From contig CAYREL010000001.1 of assembly GCA_964423275.1 (NCBI GenBank), positions 1 to 25,927 of the forward strand: DNA of 25,927 nt, written 5' to 3'. Below, piece by piece: positions 16,823 to 25,927 of the stretch. A program made the translations under genes and the position numbers. Below the pieces are notes generated by a model that did not search any database, was not told the DNA's origin, and saw only the letters and a program-made list of their open reading frames with translations. Within the stretch, counting starts at the first letter, position 1, and every line of letters starts with the position of its first letter. This stretch comes from an uncultured Flavobacteriales bacterium. Its GTDB lineage: Bacteria; Bacteroidota; Bacteroidia; Flavobacteriales_D; Parvicellaceae.

Positions 16823-18238
16823 ATGCCAAATAGGATTGTAGATGTAATTAAAATGGAGCCTACCAAAAAAATAGAGGTTAGTGGGTGGATTAGATCTTTC
16901 AGAGCCAATAAATTTATTTCCTTAAATGACGGGTCTTGTATGACTAGTATTCAAATAGTTATAGAGCCTGACGACTTTGACACAAACACAATCAATGGAT
17001 TAAACACAGGCGCCTCTATATGGGTCAGCGGGTCTCTTATTGAGTCTCAAGGAGGCGGGCAAAAAACAGAAATTTCTGCAAATGAGATTAGAATCATTGG
17101 AAAGTCCAACCCAGAAGAACTCCAAAAAACAATTTTACAACCCAAGAAACATTCCCTAGAAAAGTTAAGAGAACAAGGTCATTTAAGGATGAGAACCAAT
17201 TTATTTGGCGCAGTTTTTAGAATTAGACACCACATGTCTTTCGCAATTCATAAATATTTTAATGATAAGGGTTCTTTCTATATCCACACCCCAATTATTA
17301 CCGGTACTGACGCTGAGGGAGCAGGAGAAACTTTTAGGGTCACCACATTGCCTTTAGGAGAAAAGGATATTGATGTGAAAAATGATTTTTTTGGCAAACC
17401 AACCCACTTAACTGTTTCTGGACAGCTCGAAGCAGAGCTTGCAGCTTTAGCCCTTGGAAAAGCCTATACTTTTGGCCCAACTTTTAGAGCTGAAAACTCA
17501 AACACAACAAGACACTTGGCTGAATTTTGGATGGTTGAGCCTGAAATAGCTTTTGCAGATATAAATGACGACATAGATTTAGGGGAAGACTTTTTAAAAT
17601 ACCTAGTTAATTATGCTTTGGATAAATGTCAAGAAGATTTAAAATTTTTAAATGAAAGAGCGCTTAAAGAAGAGGAGCAACTTCCAAAAGAAAAAAGAAA
17701 CGAATTGTCTTTGATAGAAAGGATGAAAATGGTCTCTAATAACGAATTTGAAAGAATCACCTATACAGAGGCAATAAGCATTCTAGAAAGATCAAAGCCA
17801 AATAAAAAGAAAAAATTTAAATATCCAGTAGAATGGGGGATTGACCTGCAAAGCGAGCATGAAAAATTTTTAGTAGAAAAACACTTTAAAAAACCTGTGG
17901 TAATATTAGATTATCCAGCATCCATAAAAGCATTTTATATGCGTGAAAATGACGATGGTAAAACTGTTGCGGCAATGGACATATTATTCCCTGGTATCGG
18001 AGAAATCATCGGAGGTTCTCAAAGGGAAGAGAGACATGAAGTTTTACAAAAAAAATGTAAAGAGTTTAAAATTCCAGAAGATGCTATATGGTGGTATCTT
18101 GAGACTAGAAAATTTGGGACTGTACCTCACGCTGGTTTTGGACTTGGATTCGAAAGGCTTATGATGTTTGTTACGGGAATGACCAATATAAGAGATGTTA
18201 TTCCATTCCCTAGAACACCAAACAACGCAGAATTTTAA
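16823..18238 (+). CDS. asnS: Asparagine--tRNA ligase
   Basis: OB-fold N-terminus (GWIRS...LNDGS), [31 protein letters not shown] and [11 protein letters not shown]. Confidence 0.98.
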   Translation: MPNRIVDVIKMEPTKKIEVSGWIRSFRANKFISLNDGSCMTSIQIVIEPDDFDTNTINGLNTGASIWVSGSLIESQGGGQKTEISANEIRIIGKSNPEELQKTILQPKKHSLEKLREQGHLRMRTNLFGAVFRIRHHMSFAIHKYFNDKGSFYIHTPIITGTDAEGAGETFRVTTLPLGEKDIDVKNDFFGKPTHLTVSGQLEAELAALALGKAYTFGPTFRAENSNTTRHLAEFWMVEPEIAFADINDDIDLGEDFLKYLVNYALDKCQEDLKFLNERALKEEEQLPKEKRNELSLIERMKMVSNNEFERITYTEAISILERSKPNKKKKFKYPVEWGIDLQSEHEKFLVEKHFKKPVVILDYPASIKAFYMRENDDGKTVAAMDILFPGIGEIIGGSQREERHEVLQKKCKEFKIPEDAIWWYLETRKFGTVPHAGFGLGFERLMMFVTGMTNIRDVIPFPRTPNNAEF

Positions 18239-18285
18239 AAAACCCTATATAATAGCTTTTTGCACTAAGAAATAGCACTTTTAAA

Positions 18286-19725
18286 ATGGCAATAAAACAA
18301 TCACTTCAACAAAGGCTCTTACAAAAGCTTTCTCCTCAACAGATTCAGTTGATGAAGATGCTGCAATTGCCAACGCTGGAGCTTGAAAAAAGAATAAAAG
18401 AAGAGTTAGAGCTAAACCCAGCATTAGATGAAGGTGAGGAGCAAAATCAGGAGCTTTCTGATGATAATAATGTAGATACCTCCATTGAAAAAAGAGAGGA
18501 TTTCAATTACCAAGATTACGTAAATGATGAAACACCCTATTACAAAACACAGTCCAACAACTCCTATAAAGACCAAGAGGAAAATCAGACACCACTTTCC
18601 TTAGGAGACTCTTTCACAGAGAAATTAGTTAGTCAAATTAGCCTAAGAATTAAAGATGAAAAACATCTTGTTATTGCCGAGCAAATCATTGGAAATTTAG
18701 ATGAGTCTGGTTATTTAAGAAGAGAGCTATTTAATATAGTTGACGACTTGGCCTTTTCTCAAAATATTTTAACAACTGAAAAAGAGCTAGAGCAAGTTTT
18801 ATTGGAGGTTCAAGAATTGGACCCCCCAGGAGTTGGCGCAAGAGATTTACAAGAATGCCTTTTAATTCAGTTAAGAAAAAAGAAAAAAACAATTTCAACT
18901 AAAACAGCTGAAGTTATTTTAGAAAAATGCTTCGAATCTTTCAAAAAAAAACATTACAAGAAGATTGAACAAAAGCTAGACATTGACACAACAGCCGTTA
19001 AAGAAGCAATGGCAGAAATTGTAAAACTAAATCCCAAGCCAGGAAACTCATTAATAGACACTACAAAATCTATTCAACATATAACACCAGACTTCACAAT
19101 AACTGAAAACGAAGGAGCTCTAGCAGTAGAATTAAACCAACGAAATGCGCCACAACTAAAAGTTAGTAGAGACTATGTTGAGATGATAAAAGGATATGAA
19201 AATGCTCCAAAAAACAAAAGAGATAAAGAAGCAGTTCTATTTATAAGACAAAAAGTAGATGCAGCAAAGTGGTTTATTGAAGCGGTAAAACAAAGACAGA
19301 ATACGCTATTGGTAACTATAAATGCAATCTTAGAATTCCAAAAAAAATTTTTTCTCTCCGGGGACCAAAAAAATCTAAGACCAATGATTCTTAAAGACAT
19401 AGCGTCGATGGTAGATATGGATATTTCCACAATTTCGCGAGTTGCCAACTCAAAACATGTAGCCACACCTTACGGTACTTTTTTATTGAAATATTTCTTT
19501 AGTGAATCCCTAGCCACTAAGTCAGGCGAAGAAGTTTCTACAAGAGAGGTTAAAACCATTCTAAACGAAGCCATTTCTAAAGAAGACAAAACCAAGCCTT
19601 TAACAGACGAAAAACTTGCAGAACTTTTGAAAGAAAACGGCTACTTAATAGCTAGAAGAACGGTTGCCAAATATAGAGAACAACTTAATATTCCAGTAGC
19701 AAGACTTAGAAAACAATTGATTTAG
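18286..19725 (+). CDS. rpoN: RNA polymerase sigma-54 factor
   Basis: Gln/Leu-rich region I (LSPQQIQLMKMLQLP), GVGARDLQECL, HTH DISTISRV and RpoN box ARRTVAKYRE. Confidence 0.98.
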   Translation: MAIKQSLQQRLLQKLSPQQIQLMKMLQLPTLELEKRIKEELELNPALDEGEEQNQELSDDNNVDTSIEKREDFNYQDYVNDETPYYKTQSNNSYKDQEENQTPLSLGDSFTEKLVSQISLRIKDEKHLVIAEQIIGNLDESGYLRRELFNIVDDLAFSQNILTTEKELEQVLLEVQELDPPGVGARDLQECLLIQLRKKKKTISTKTAEVILEKCFESFKKKHYKKIEQKLDIDTTAVKEAMAEIVKLNPKPGNSLIDTTKSIQHITPDFTITENEGALAVELNQRNAPQLKVSRDYVEMIKGYENAPKNKRDKEAVLFIRQKVDAAKWFIEAVKQRQNTLLVTINAILEFQKKFFLSGDQKNLRPMILKDIASMVDMDISTISRVANSKHVATPYGTFLLKYFFSESLATKSGEEVSTREVKTILNEAISKEDKTKPLTDEKLAELLKENGYLIARRTVAKYREQLNIPVARLRKQLI

Positions 19726-19727
19726 TA

Positions 19728-20384
19728 ATGACGATATTCTCAAAAGCCATAGCCATAATTTTTCACCCAGTCTTTACAGCTATTTATTCTTACTTAATAT
19801 ATTTTAACATTCAAAATATTTACAATCAAATGCTATTTCTAGCTGCCCCAAAAATTTATTGGGCTCTTTTGTTTTTTTTATTCTTGATGGTTGTTTTTTT
19901 TCCTTTAGTTACAATTTATATAATGTATCGAAACAAAACTATAAGCGACATGTCCATTCCAATTAGAAAAGAACGACTTCCAGTTCTTATTTTAATTTCA
20001 ATTTACTATTTAATGACTTATTATATTTTTAGATATTGGAACAGCACCCTATTGAATTTATTTCATCCCTATTTATCTTTTTTATTTGCAGGCCTTGTTT
20101 TAATTTTCACCCTAACAGCGATTACTTACTTTTGGAAAATAAGCTTACATAGTTCGTCTATTTCTGCATTGTGTGGTGGAATGATGGCAGAAACACTAGT
20201 TGCGCAGCCCGTGACTAGTCAGGATCAAGTTTTATATATAAATATGGCTTTATTAGTTTTGGTTGGAATAGTATGCTTTTCTAGGTTATATTTAAAGGCA
20301 CACACATTAAGCCAAACGATTGCAGGGATAGCACTAGGGTTTTCTTTGGCTTTTAGTCTTGTTTTTTTTCAGATTTATATTTAA
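19728..20384 (+). CDS. PAP2-superfamily-like integral membrane protein
   Basis: About six hydrophobic helices, with KISLH and SRLYLKAHTLSQ resembling the PAP2 C2/C3 motifs. Starts 2 nt after the rpoN stop. Confidence 0.7.
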   Translation: MTIFSKAIAIIFHPVFTAIYSYLIYFNIQNIYNQMLFLAAPKIYWALLFFLFLMVVFFPLVTIYIMYRNKTISDMSIPIRKERLPVLILISIYYLMTYYIFRYWNSTLLNLFHPYLSFLFAGLVLIFTLTAITYFWKISLHSSSISALCGGMMAETLVAQPVTSQDQVLYINMALLVLVGIVCFSRLYLKAHTLSQTIAGIALGFSLAFSLVFFQIYI

Positions 20385-21390
20385 ACTTAAGTAGGTTTTT
20401 TTCCCAATTCCAAGAGTGCTCTAAACAGTCCTCCAATGAAAATTTAGCATCCCAATCAAGTTCATTTTTGATTAACGTATTATCTGAATATATTTTTGGA
20501 ACATCTCCAGCTCTTCTAGGCCCAAATCCATAGTTCAGTTCTTGTTTGCTAACTTTTTCAAAAGTAGTTATAACATCCAGAACCGAAGCACCTTTACCAG
20601 TTCCAACGTTGAAGGTTTTTATAGAATCTTTACTTTTAAGGCCTTTTTCAAGAGCCGCAACATGGGCATTTGCTAAGTCAACAACATGTATGTAGTCTCT
20701 TATGCAAGTTCCATCTAGAGTGTCATAGTCTTTTCCAAAAACAGTAAGCTTTTTTCGTTTGCCTATGGCTGTTTGGGTAATATACGGAACCAAATTACTT
20801 GGAACACCTATAGGTAATTCACCAATTAAGCTCGATGGATGTGCCCCAATAGGATTAAAATACCTTAATAGTGTTAAAGAAGAACTAGGTAGTGACTTAA
20901 AAAAATCATTTAGAATTCTTTCTCCAACTTGCTTTGTATAGCCATAGGGTGAAAAAGCAGTTTTAATGGAAGCAGTTTCTTTAACAGGTATTTTATCTGG
21001 GACACCGTAAACTGTGCAAGACGATGAAAACACAAATGAGTTAATCTTTGTATTGTCAATTACTTCTAGAAAATTAATCAAATTCAAAACATTGTTTTGG
21101 TAATATTTCATAGGGGTTACAACAGACTCATTTACAGCCTTGTCTGCAGCAAAATGAATTACGCCAATTGGATTTTCTTTTTGAAGAATGTTTTTAACCT
21201 CTTCTTTATTGCCAATATCCGAGGAATAACTACTAATTTTTTTACCTACAATTTTCTCTATATTCTCAATCACAAAGGGTTCCGAATTTCTAAAGTCATC
21301 TACAATGATTGGTTCAAATCCGTTTTCAATTAACGCTACTGCAGTATGCGAGCCTATAAATCCAGCTCCACCAGTTAATAGTATTTTCAT
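20353..21390 (-). CDS. galE: UDP-glucose 4-epimerase
   Basis: GGAGFIGSH, FSSSCTVYG, catalytic YGYTK, LRYFNPIGAH and DGTCIRDYIHVVDLA. Confidence 0.97.
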   Translation of the reverse strand: MKILLTGGAGFIGSHTAVALIENGFEPIIVDDFRNSEPFVIENIEKIVGKKISSYSSDIGNKEEVKNILQKENPIGVIHFAADKAVNESVVTPMKYYQNNVLNLINFLEVIDNTKINSFVFSSSCTVYGVPDKIPVKETASIKTAFSPYGYTKQVGERILNDFFKSLPSSSLTLLRYFNPIGAHPSSLIGELPIGVPSNLVPYITQTAIGKRKKLTVFGKDYDTLDGTCIRDYIHVVDLANAHVAALEKGLKSKDSIKTFNVGTGKGASVLDVITTFEKVSKQELNYGFGPRRAGDVPKIYSDNTLIKNELDWDAKFSLEDCLEHSWNWEKNLLKFKYKSEKKQD

Positions 21391-21591
21391 AATTTATTAA
21401 AGAACTGTAAAAGTATCTAAATATCTATTTTTTTAAAAAATTATATACTTTTAATTATAACAATCAACCACAAAATAAATATAAAGCAATGGAATAAATA
21501 TATTTTGCTTCAAATGGGATAGTAGAAGTAAAAAACGCTTCTGGAGAAGTTGAAGAACTAAAGAGATTAATCACCACATGAGCTAAAAAAT

Positions 21592-23991
21592 CTAAAAGTC
21601 TATTCTATAATAGAAAATAGGCAAAAACCCTAGCTGATAGTTTAGAGCTATATCTTCTTGATCTGCTACCCCATCGCCATTTGGAGCATAAGAATAATTT
21701 AAAATATTTTTTGCACTAGTAAGATTAACTAAATCTATACCTATTTCATGGGTAACAGCTTCTTGATTAATCTTGAAGGTCGTTTTAATGTCAAACCTAA
21801 AGTAGTCTTTGAATTTATCTTCATTGAACCCCTCGTCTAGAAAAATTACCTCCCCTTGTTCGTTGGAGGCTACGTGGTCAACAGTTCCCCTTCTTTTACC
21901 CCCTGCACCTGTAACTTTTACACCAAGACCTAAAACTTTGTTTTTCCCAACCTCAAATTCTTTTCCAGCCAAAAAGTTTGCTGCATACATGCCGTTAAAG
22001 CTTGTATTTCTTTCCTTTCCATCGCTTGGTGTATATTTAGAATTATATAAACAGCCAGAAAAAAGCGCATGCCAGTTTTTATTAAAATAACGCTGTAAAG
22101 TGACTTCTAGTCCATAATTATAACCAGTTCCAGAATTTACCAAAGTATCTGGAAACACTCTCGCAAAACCACTTCCAGCATTGGTTAAAGAAAATGCAGA
22201 TGGAGTTGTCTCAACAGGAATTCCAGTTAAATCTTGATAATATACTTCAGTTTTTAACCCCAGGTTTTTATGAATTTGATTTGAATAGCCCAAAATAATA
22301 TGCTTACTGTAGGTGAGGCCTAAATCTTCATTATGTGCTTCAGTATTGCCCTCATTTATATAATATCTAGTATATAACGGTTGTGTTTGAGAGTGATAAC
22401 CCAATCCAAATGAAAAAGAGCTTTTATCATTAATATTCCATTTTAGCCCAAGACGAGGTTCAATTGGAGAAAAAGAATCGTCTCCCAAATTTAGATACAA
22501 GCTTGTAAGCCCTGCAGTTAATACCAGCTCATCTGAAAATTTATGTTTCCAGCTAACATATGGTTGAAACATAAAAGAACTCCCCATTTTGTTAAAGCGA
22601 TAGCGGTAAGTGTCTGCAGTATCTTGAGCAAGCGCATTCGTGGTAACACTGTCTATAAAGTTAAAATTGGTGAAATCTGCTACCCATCCAATTTTTAATG
22701 TATTTTTTTTATTCAGTTTTTTATTGATCGAGCTAGAGTTAGAGTATCTGACTTTGTTAAAGTCGTAAGCCATATATGGTTTAAGAGTATAGTCGTCCCA
22801 ATCATTAGGATTTCTAGAAATAGTATCGTGGTTAGACTTTTGATTTTCAATATTTACACAAGTTGTTGATTTAATGAAAGAAGTTTCATTAAGTGGTTTG
22901 GTGTAAGTAGCACCCGAAACTAGCATATTGGTTCCAAACCTCTGATCTTTCGTATTCTCACCATATAAATCAACACCGTCTTCCTCAGCTTGTTCGCTTA
23001 TTAAAATATCGATTTGACTATCCCCACCTAATGCCCATAGTGATAAATTCCCGCCTTTTTTAAATGGTAGATTAAATTTAATAGCAAAATCTTGGTATTT
23101 AGGAATAGCAGAAGTTCCCAGGTTAACCCCCAATAAACTAAATGCTTTTATTGTAGAATAGCGATACATGGCCAAGAAGGAAGCAGAGCTATGTTTAGAC
23201 AAAGGCCCCTCGACTAAAAACTCTGCTCCAAACAAACCAACTTGACCTGTAAACTCTGTCTTTTCATTGTTTCCATTTCTAATTTTTAAATCAAAAACAC
23301 CTGCTGTACTATTTCCATATTCCGATGGAAAAGCCCCAGAAAAAAAGTCGCTATTTCCTAGAAACTTGTTATTCAATATGCTTAAGGGCCCACCTGAAGA
23401 CCCTGAAATTGCAAAGTGGTTGGGGTTTGGAATAGTAATGCCTTCCACTCGGTAAATTACTCCTAGCGGTGAGTTTCCCCTGACAATAATATCGTTTCTG
23501 CTGTCATCAGCCCCTTGTACACCTGCAAAATTAGAAGCCATTCTTGCTGGATCACCACGACTCCCTGCATATCGTTCTGTTTCTTCAACAGAAAATTGCT
23601 GAGCACTTATAATAGCCATCTCATTATTTACCTCTCTTTTTTCATTAGAAGACACTTCGAAAGCTTCTAACATTTCAGTGGACTCTTCAATTGAAACATT
23701 TAGCACCACCTCTTTACCTGAATTAACTACAATTGTTTGACTCTGTGGTGTATATCCAATAAATGTAAATCTAATTTGCTTTCTGCCAAGAGGAACATTT
23801 TCAATTTTAAAATTCCCATTTATATCAGTAGCTACACCACTGTTAAAATCACCATTTATAAATTGCACGTTTACTCCAGGTAAAGGAAATTGAGACTCAA
23901 GATCTACTACTTTTCCCTTTACAGTCTGTTGAGAATAAATTGAAGCTAAAGAGACGCTAAGTATGGATATTAAAATAATTCTAATTTTCAT
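21592..23991 (-). CDS. TonB-dependent receptor with N-terminal carboxypeptidase-regulatory-like domain
   Basis: Signal peptide, PLPGVNV...GVATDINGNF domain, plug (RNDIIVRGNSP...EGITIPNPNHF), beta-barrel and C-terminal Phe (YYRIDF). The ORF-track start is 24057; ATG at 23991 begins the signal peptide. Confidence 0.92.
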   Translation of the reverse strand: MKIRIILISILSVSLASIYSQQTVKGKVVDLESQFPLPGVNVQFINGDFNSGVATDINGNFKIENVPLGRKQIRFTFIGYTPQSQTIVVNSGKEVVLNVSIEESTEMLEAFEVSSNEKREVNNEMAIISAQQFSVEETERYAGSRGDPARMASNFAGVQGADDSRNDIIVRGNSPLGVIYRVEGITIPNPNHFAISGSSGGPLSILNNKFLGNSDFFSGAFPSEYGNSTAGVFDLKIRNGNNEKTEFTGQVGLFGAEFLVEGPLSKHSSASFLAMYRYSTIKAFSLLGVNLGTSAIPKYQDFAIKFNLPFKKGGNLSLWALGGDSQIDILISEQAEEDGVDLYGENTKDQRFGTNMLVSGATYTKPLNETSFIKSTTCVNIENQKSNHDTISRNPNDWDDYTLKPYMAYDFNKVRYSNSSSINKKLNKKNTLKIGWVADFTNFNFIDSVTTNALAQDTADTYRYRFNKMGSSFMFQPYVSWKHKFSDELVLTAGLTSLYLNLGDDSFSPIEPRLGLKWNINDKSSFSFGLGYHSQTQPLYTRYYINEGNTEAHNEDLGLTYSKHIILGYSNQIHKNLGLKTEVYYQDLTGIPVETTPSAFSLTNAGSGFARVFPDTLVNSGTGYNYGLEVTLQRYFNKNWHALFSGCLYNSKYTPSDGKERNTSFNGMYAANFLAGKEFEVGKNKVLGLGVKVTGAGGKRRGTVDHVASNEQGEVIFLDEGFNEDKFKDYFRFDIKTTFKINQEAVTHEIGIDLVNLTSAKNILNYSYAPNGDGVADQEDIALNYQLGFLPIFYYRIDF

Positions 23992-24132
23992 ATTGCTACG
24001 TAATTTGTATGAAAATATAAAAAGAAATAGCCATTGACAAATATTTATTAACCTCAAAAAGAGGGATAAAAAAAGGACGGGATAACAGCTAAAAGCCTGA
24101 CCAACAAGAAAGTAGGTAAAAAAAAAAGGACT

Positions 24133-24825
24133 TTATACTTTTGAAGAATTTAGTAACGATTCAAATAATGGAACTCCATCTGTATTGCCTAACAAAGGCT
24201 CAACAGCTCTTTCAGGATGAGGCATCATTCCCATTACATTTTTATTTTTGTTGGAGACACCAGCAATATTTTTTAAAGAACCATTTGGGTTATCATATTC
24301 AGAGACTTTGCCGTTAAGGTCACAGTACTGAAATAAAACTTGGTCTTTTTCAAACAAATCTTCTACTACTTTTTTTTCTGCGTAATATCTCCCTTCTCCA
24401 TGAGCTATGGGTATTTTATAAGCCTTGTTTTTATCCACGGTTTCAGTAATTCCAGCAGAACCTGAACAAGCTTTTAGAAAAGTGTTTTTGCATATAAATT
24501 TTTGGTTATTGTTGTGTAAGAGAACGCCAGGAAGTAACCCTGTTTCGCATAAAATTTGAAAGCCGTTGCAAACTCCTAATAAAAGACCTCCTTTATTAGC
24601 ATGTTTTACCACCTCTTTCATAATAGGAGAAAATCTTGCTATTGCACCAGACCTTAAATAGTCACCATAAGAAAAGCCTCCAGGAAGAACAATTAGCTCA
24701 CAATTTTTAGTGTCTTGATCTTTGTGCCACAACTCTACTACTTCTTGTTCTAAAGTTTTTTCTAAGGCATATATCATGTCATGATTACAATTAGACCCTG
24801 GAAAAGTTACAACACCACACTTCAT
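24133..24825 (-). CDS. purQ: Phosphoribosylformylglycinamidine synthase subunit PurQ (glutaminase)
   Basis: FPGSNC, LPGGFSYGDYLRSGA, catalytic GVCNGFQIL, IAHGEG and MMPHPER. Confidence 0.98.
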   Translation of the reverse strand: MKCGVVTFPGSNCNHDMIYALEKTLEQEVVELWHKDQDTKNCELIVLPGGFSYGDYLRSGAIARFSPIMKEVVKHANKGGLLLGVCNGFQILCETGLLPGVLLHNNNQKFICKNTFLKACSGSAGITETVDKNKAYKIPIAHGEGRYYAEKKVVEDLFEKDQVLFQYCDLNGKVSEYDNPNGSLKNIAGVSNKNKNVMGMMPHPERAVEPLLGNTDGVPLFESLLNSSKV

Positions 24826-24844
24826 AAATATTTAGTTTATATTT

Positions 24845-24852
24845 CAAATATA
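24845..24852 (-). promoter_or_regulatory. Putative -7 promoter element for purQ
   Basis: The minus strand reads TATATTTG (TAnnTTTG), 19 nt upstream of the ATG. Confidence 0.5.
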
Positions 24853-24880
24853 AAAGAAAGATATATATAAACAGCTTATT

Positions 24881-25831
24881 TTAAAACACATATTCTGTAA
24901 GAACCTTTCCCAATATCAATAAACTTAAATAGGAGTCAATTAACCACGGATATTTGCTATTTATAACAGCATTCGATAGAAGAATTGAAAAGGGGACAGC
25001 TAGGACAAAAAACAATGGATAATTAATGTTTAAAACAAACTTTATAAATAAAAATTGGGCAAAAGTTAAAGCAAGCAGAGAAACTATAATCCAAGAAATT
25101 TTCTTGTAGCGGTTGGTACTTTTTATAAACGTATAAACCAAACTACTAAAACAAATTAATACCCCAATTAAGACAGCAAGCAAAATATAACCCCACTCTA
25201 ATGATCTTGAATAACCAGCACTCCAAGAACTGCCCAACCACTCTTTAAAAACAGAATAAAAGCCATCACTTATTAACGAAACCGGGAAAAAAAAAGCTCC
25301 TAGAAAAACCAAAGCTATTAAAGGCATAATATATTCTCGCCATTGAAAAGGCCTAATAAAGTACAACGCGAGCCATAAAATCGGCAATAAAAAAATATTT
25401 AAACCATAAAATAAGCAACTTATTATTAACCAACAACTGGCATTAAAAATCTCAATTTTACAGGATTTATTTCTAAAAATCTTAAATAGATTTTCTATTG
25501 CAAGTACTAAAAATAAATTCCCCAATAAAGGATTTATCGAAAAGTGAATATTTCCAAACCACCCAATTAAAATAATATAAATCAAACCCGAGGCATAGTT
25601 TGATTTTTGAAAAAACACACTTTTATTAATAATTAAATTAATTCTCAGAGCGGTAAAAAAAACTGTAAAACAGTATAAAGCATAAAAAATAGCTGGATTT
25701 AATTGAAAAAAAGATTCAATGGGCCAGAGTAAGTTACTTGAATTCACATAATAAAGTAATGTTATAACTGGTAAAATAGCAGCACTAAAAAAGAAATAAA
25801 TGGGGTTATTAGACCTAAGAAAATTCAACAT
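24881..25831 (-). CDS. Multi-pass membrane protein, DUF6427-like
   Basis: 316 aa with about nine hydrophobic segments. IFNAS and FQWREYIMPL resemble this Bacteroidota family (recalled, not searched). Confidence 0.7.
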   Translation of the reverse strand: MLNFLRSNNPIYFFFSAAILPVITLLYYVNSSNLLWPIESFFQLNPAIFYALYCFTVFFTALRINLIINKSVFFQKSNYASGLIYIILIGWFGNIHFSINPLLGNLFLVLAIENLFKIFRNKSCKIEIFNASCWLIISCLFYGLNIFLLPILWLALYFIRPFQWREYIMPLIALVFLGAFFFPVSLISDGFYSVFKEWLGSSWSAGYSRSLEWGYILLAVLIGVLICFSSLVYTFIKSTNRYKKISWIIVSLLALTFAQFLFIKFVLNINYPLFFVLAVPFSILLSNAVINSKYPWLIDSYLSLLILGKVLTEYVF

Positions 25832-25909
25832 TATTACAAATTAATCATTAAAGAGTCGAAAAAAGAATTGTCAGAATCAATTATTTTATATTTTTGAAAA
25901 AAAATTATT

Positions 25910-25927
25910 ATGAACTGGCTTTTACAT
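25910..25927 (+). CDS. Possible 5' end of a divergent gene (MNWLLH...), truncated by the window edge
   Basis: ATG at 25910 after an A/T-rich leader, with TATTTTTG (TAnnTTTG) at 25889-25896. Only six codons are visible. Confidence 0.3.

Noticed and set aside
18239-18285. TTTTTGCA upstream of rpoN as a possible sigma-54 -12 element
   Set aside because: No TGGC/GG -24 element at the required spacing.
17943-23455. Small ORFs inside asnS, rpoN, galE and the TBDR
   Set aside because: Nested in confident genes with no independent evidence.
1-25927. Searched for CRISPR arrays, tRNA/rRNA, IS/transposase, integrase, prophage, toxin-antitoxin and anti-phage genes
   Set aside because: None recognisable. 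Long ORFs tile the window and intergenic gaps are short (largest about 200 bp).

Overview
AT-rich, gene-dense bacterial chromosome segment, most consistent with Bacteroidota (probably Flavobacteriales). That assignment is inferred from the asnS-rpoN pair with a divergent TetR-TolC-MFP-RND operon, a CarboxypepD-type TonB-dependent receptor, the DUF4175-ybeY-mnmG cluster and TAnnTTTG promoter motifs. Content is mostly housekeeping: partial mnmG, ybeY, an RsbW-like HATPase, a DUF4175-like protein, queD, hemF, an orphan paaD, an FAD oxidoreductase, two hypothetical proteins, an esterase, a sulfotransferase-like protein, an RND efflux operon, asnS, rpoN, a PAP2-like protein, galE, a TBDR, purQ and a DUF6427-like membrane protein. 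I found no rRNA, tRNA, CRISPR array, transposase, integrase, prophage or recognisable defence system, and I cannot support a clearly novel system here. The best leads are (1) a HemF that looks alphaproteobacterial rather than Bacteroidota-type, (2) a perfect parS palindrome 2 nt upstream of the mnmG start codon, (3) a tightly packed co-directional run of efflux, sulfotransferase, esterase, a possible tubby/LURP-like protein and a flavoprotein oxidoreductase, and (4) the DUF4175 / orphan RsbW-like kinase / ybeY / mnmG unit. All family calls come from motif recognition; no database search was run.
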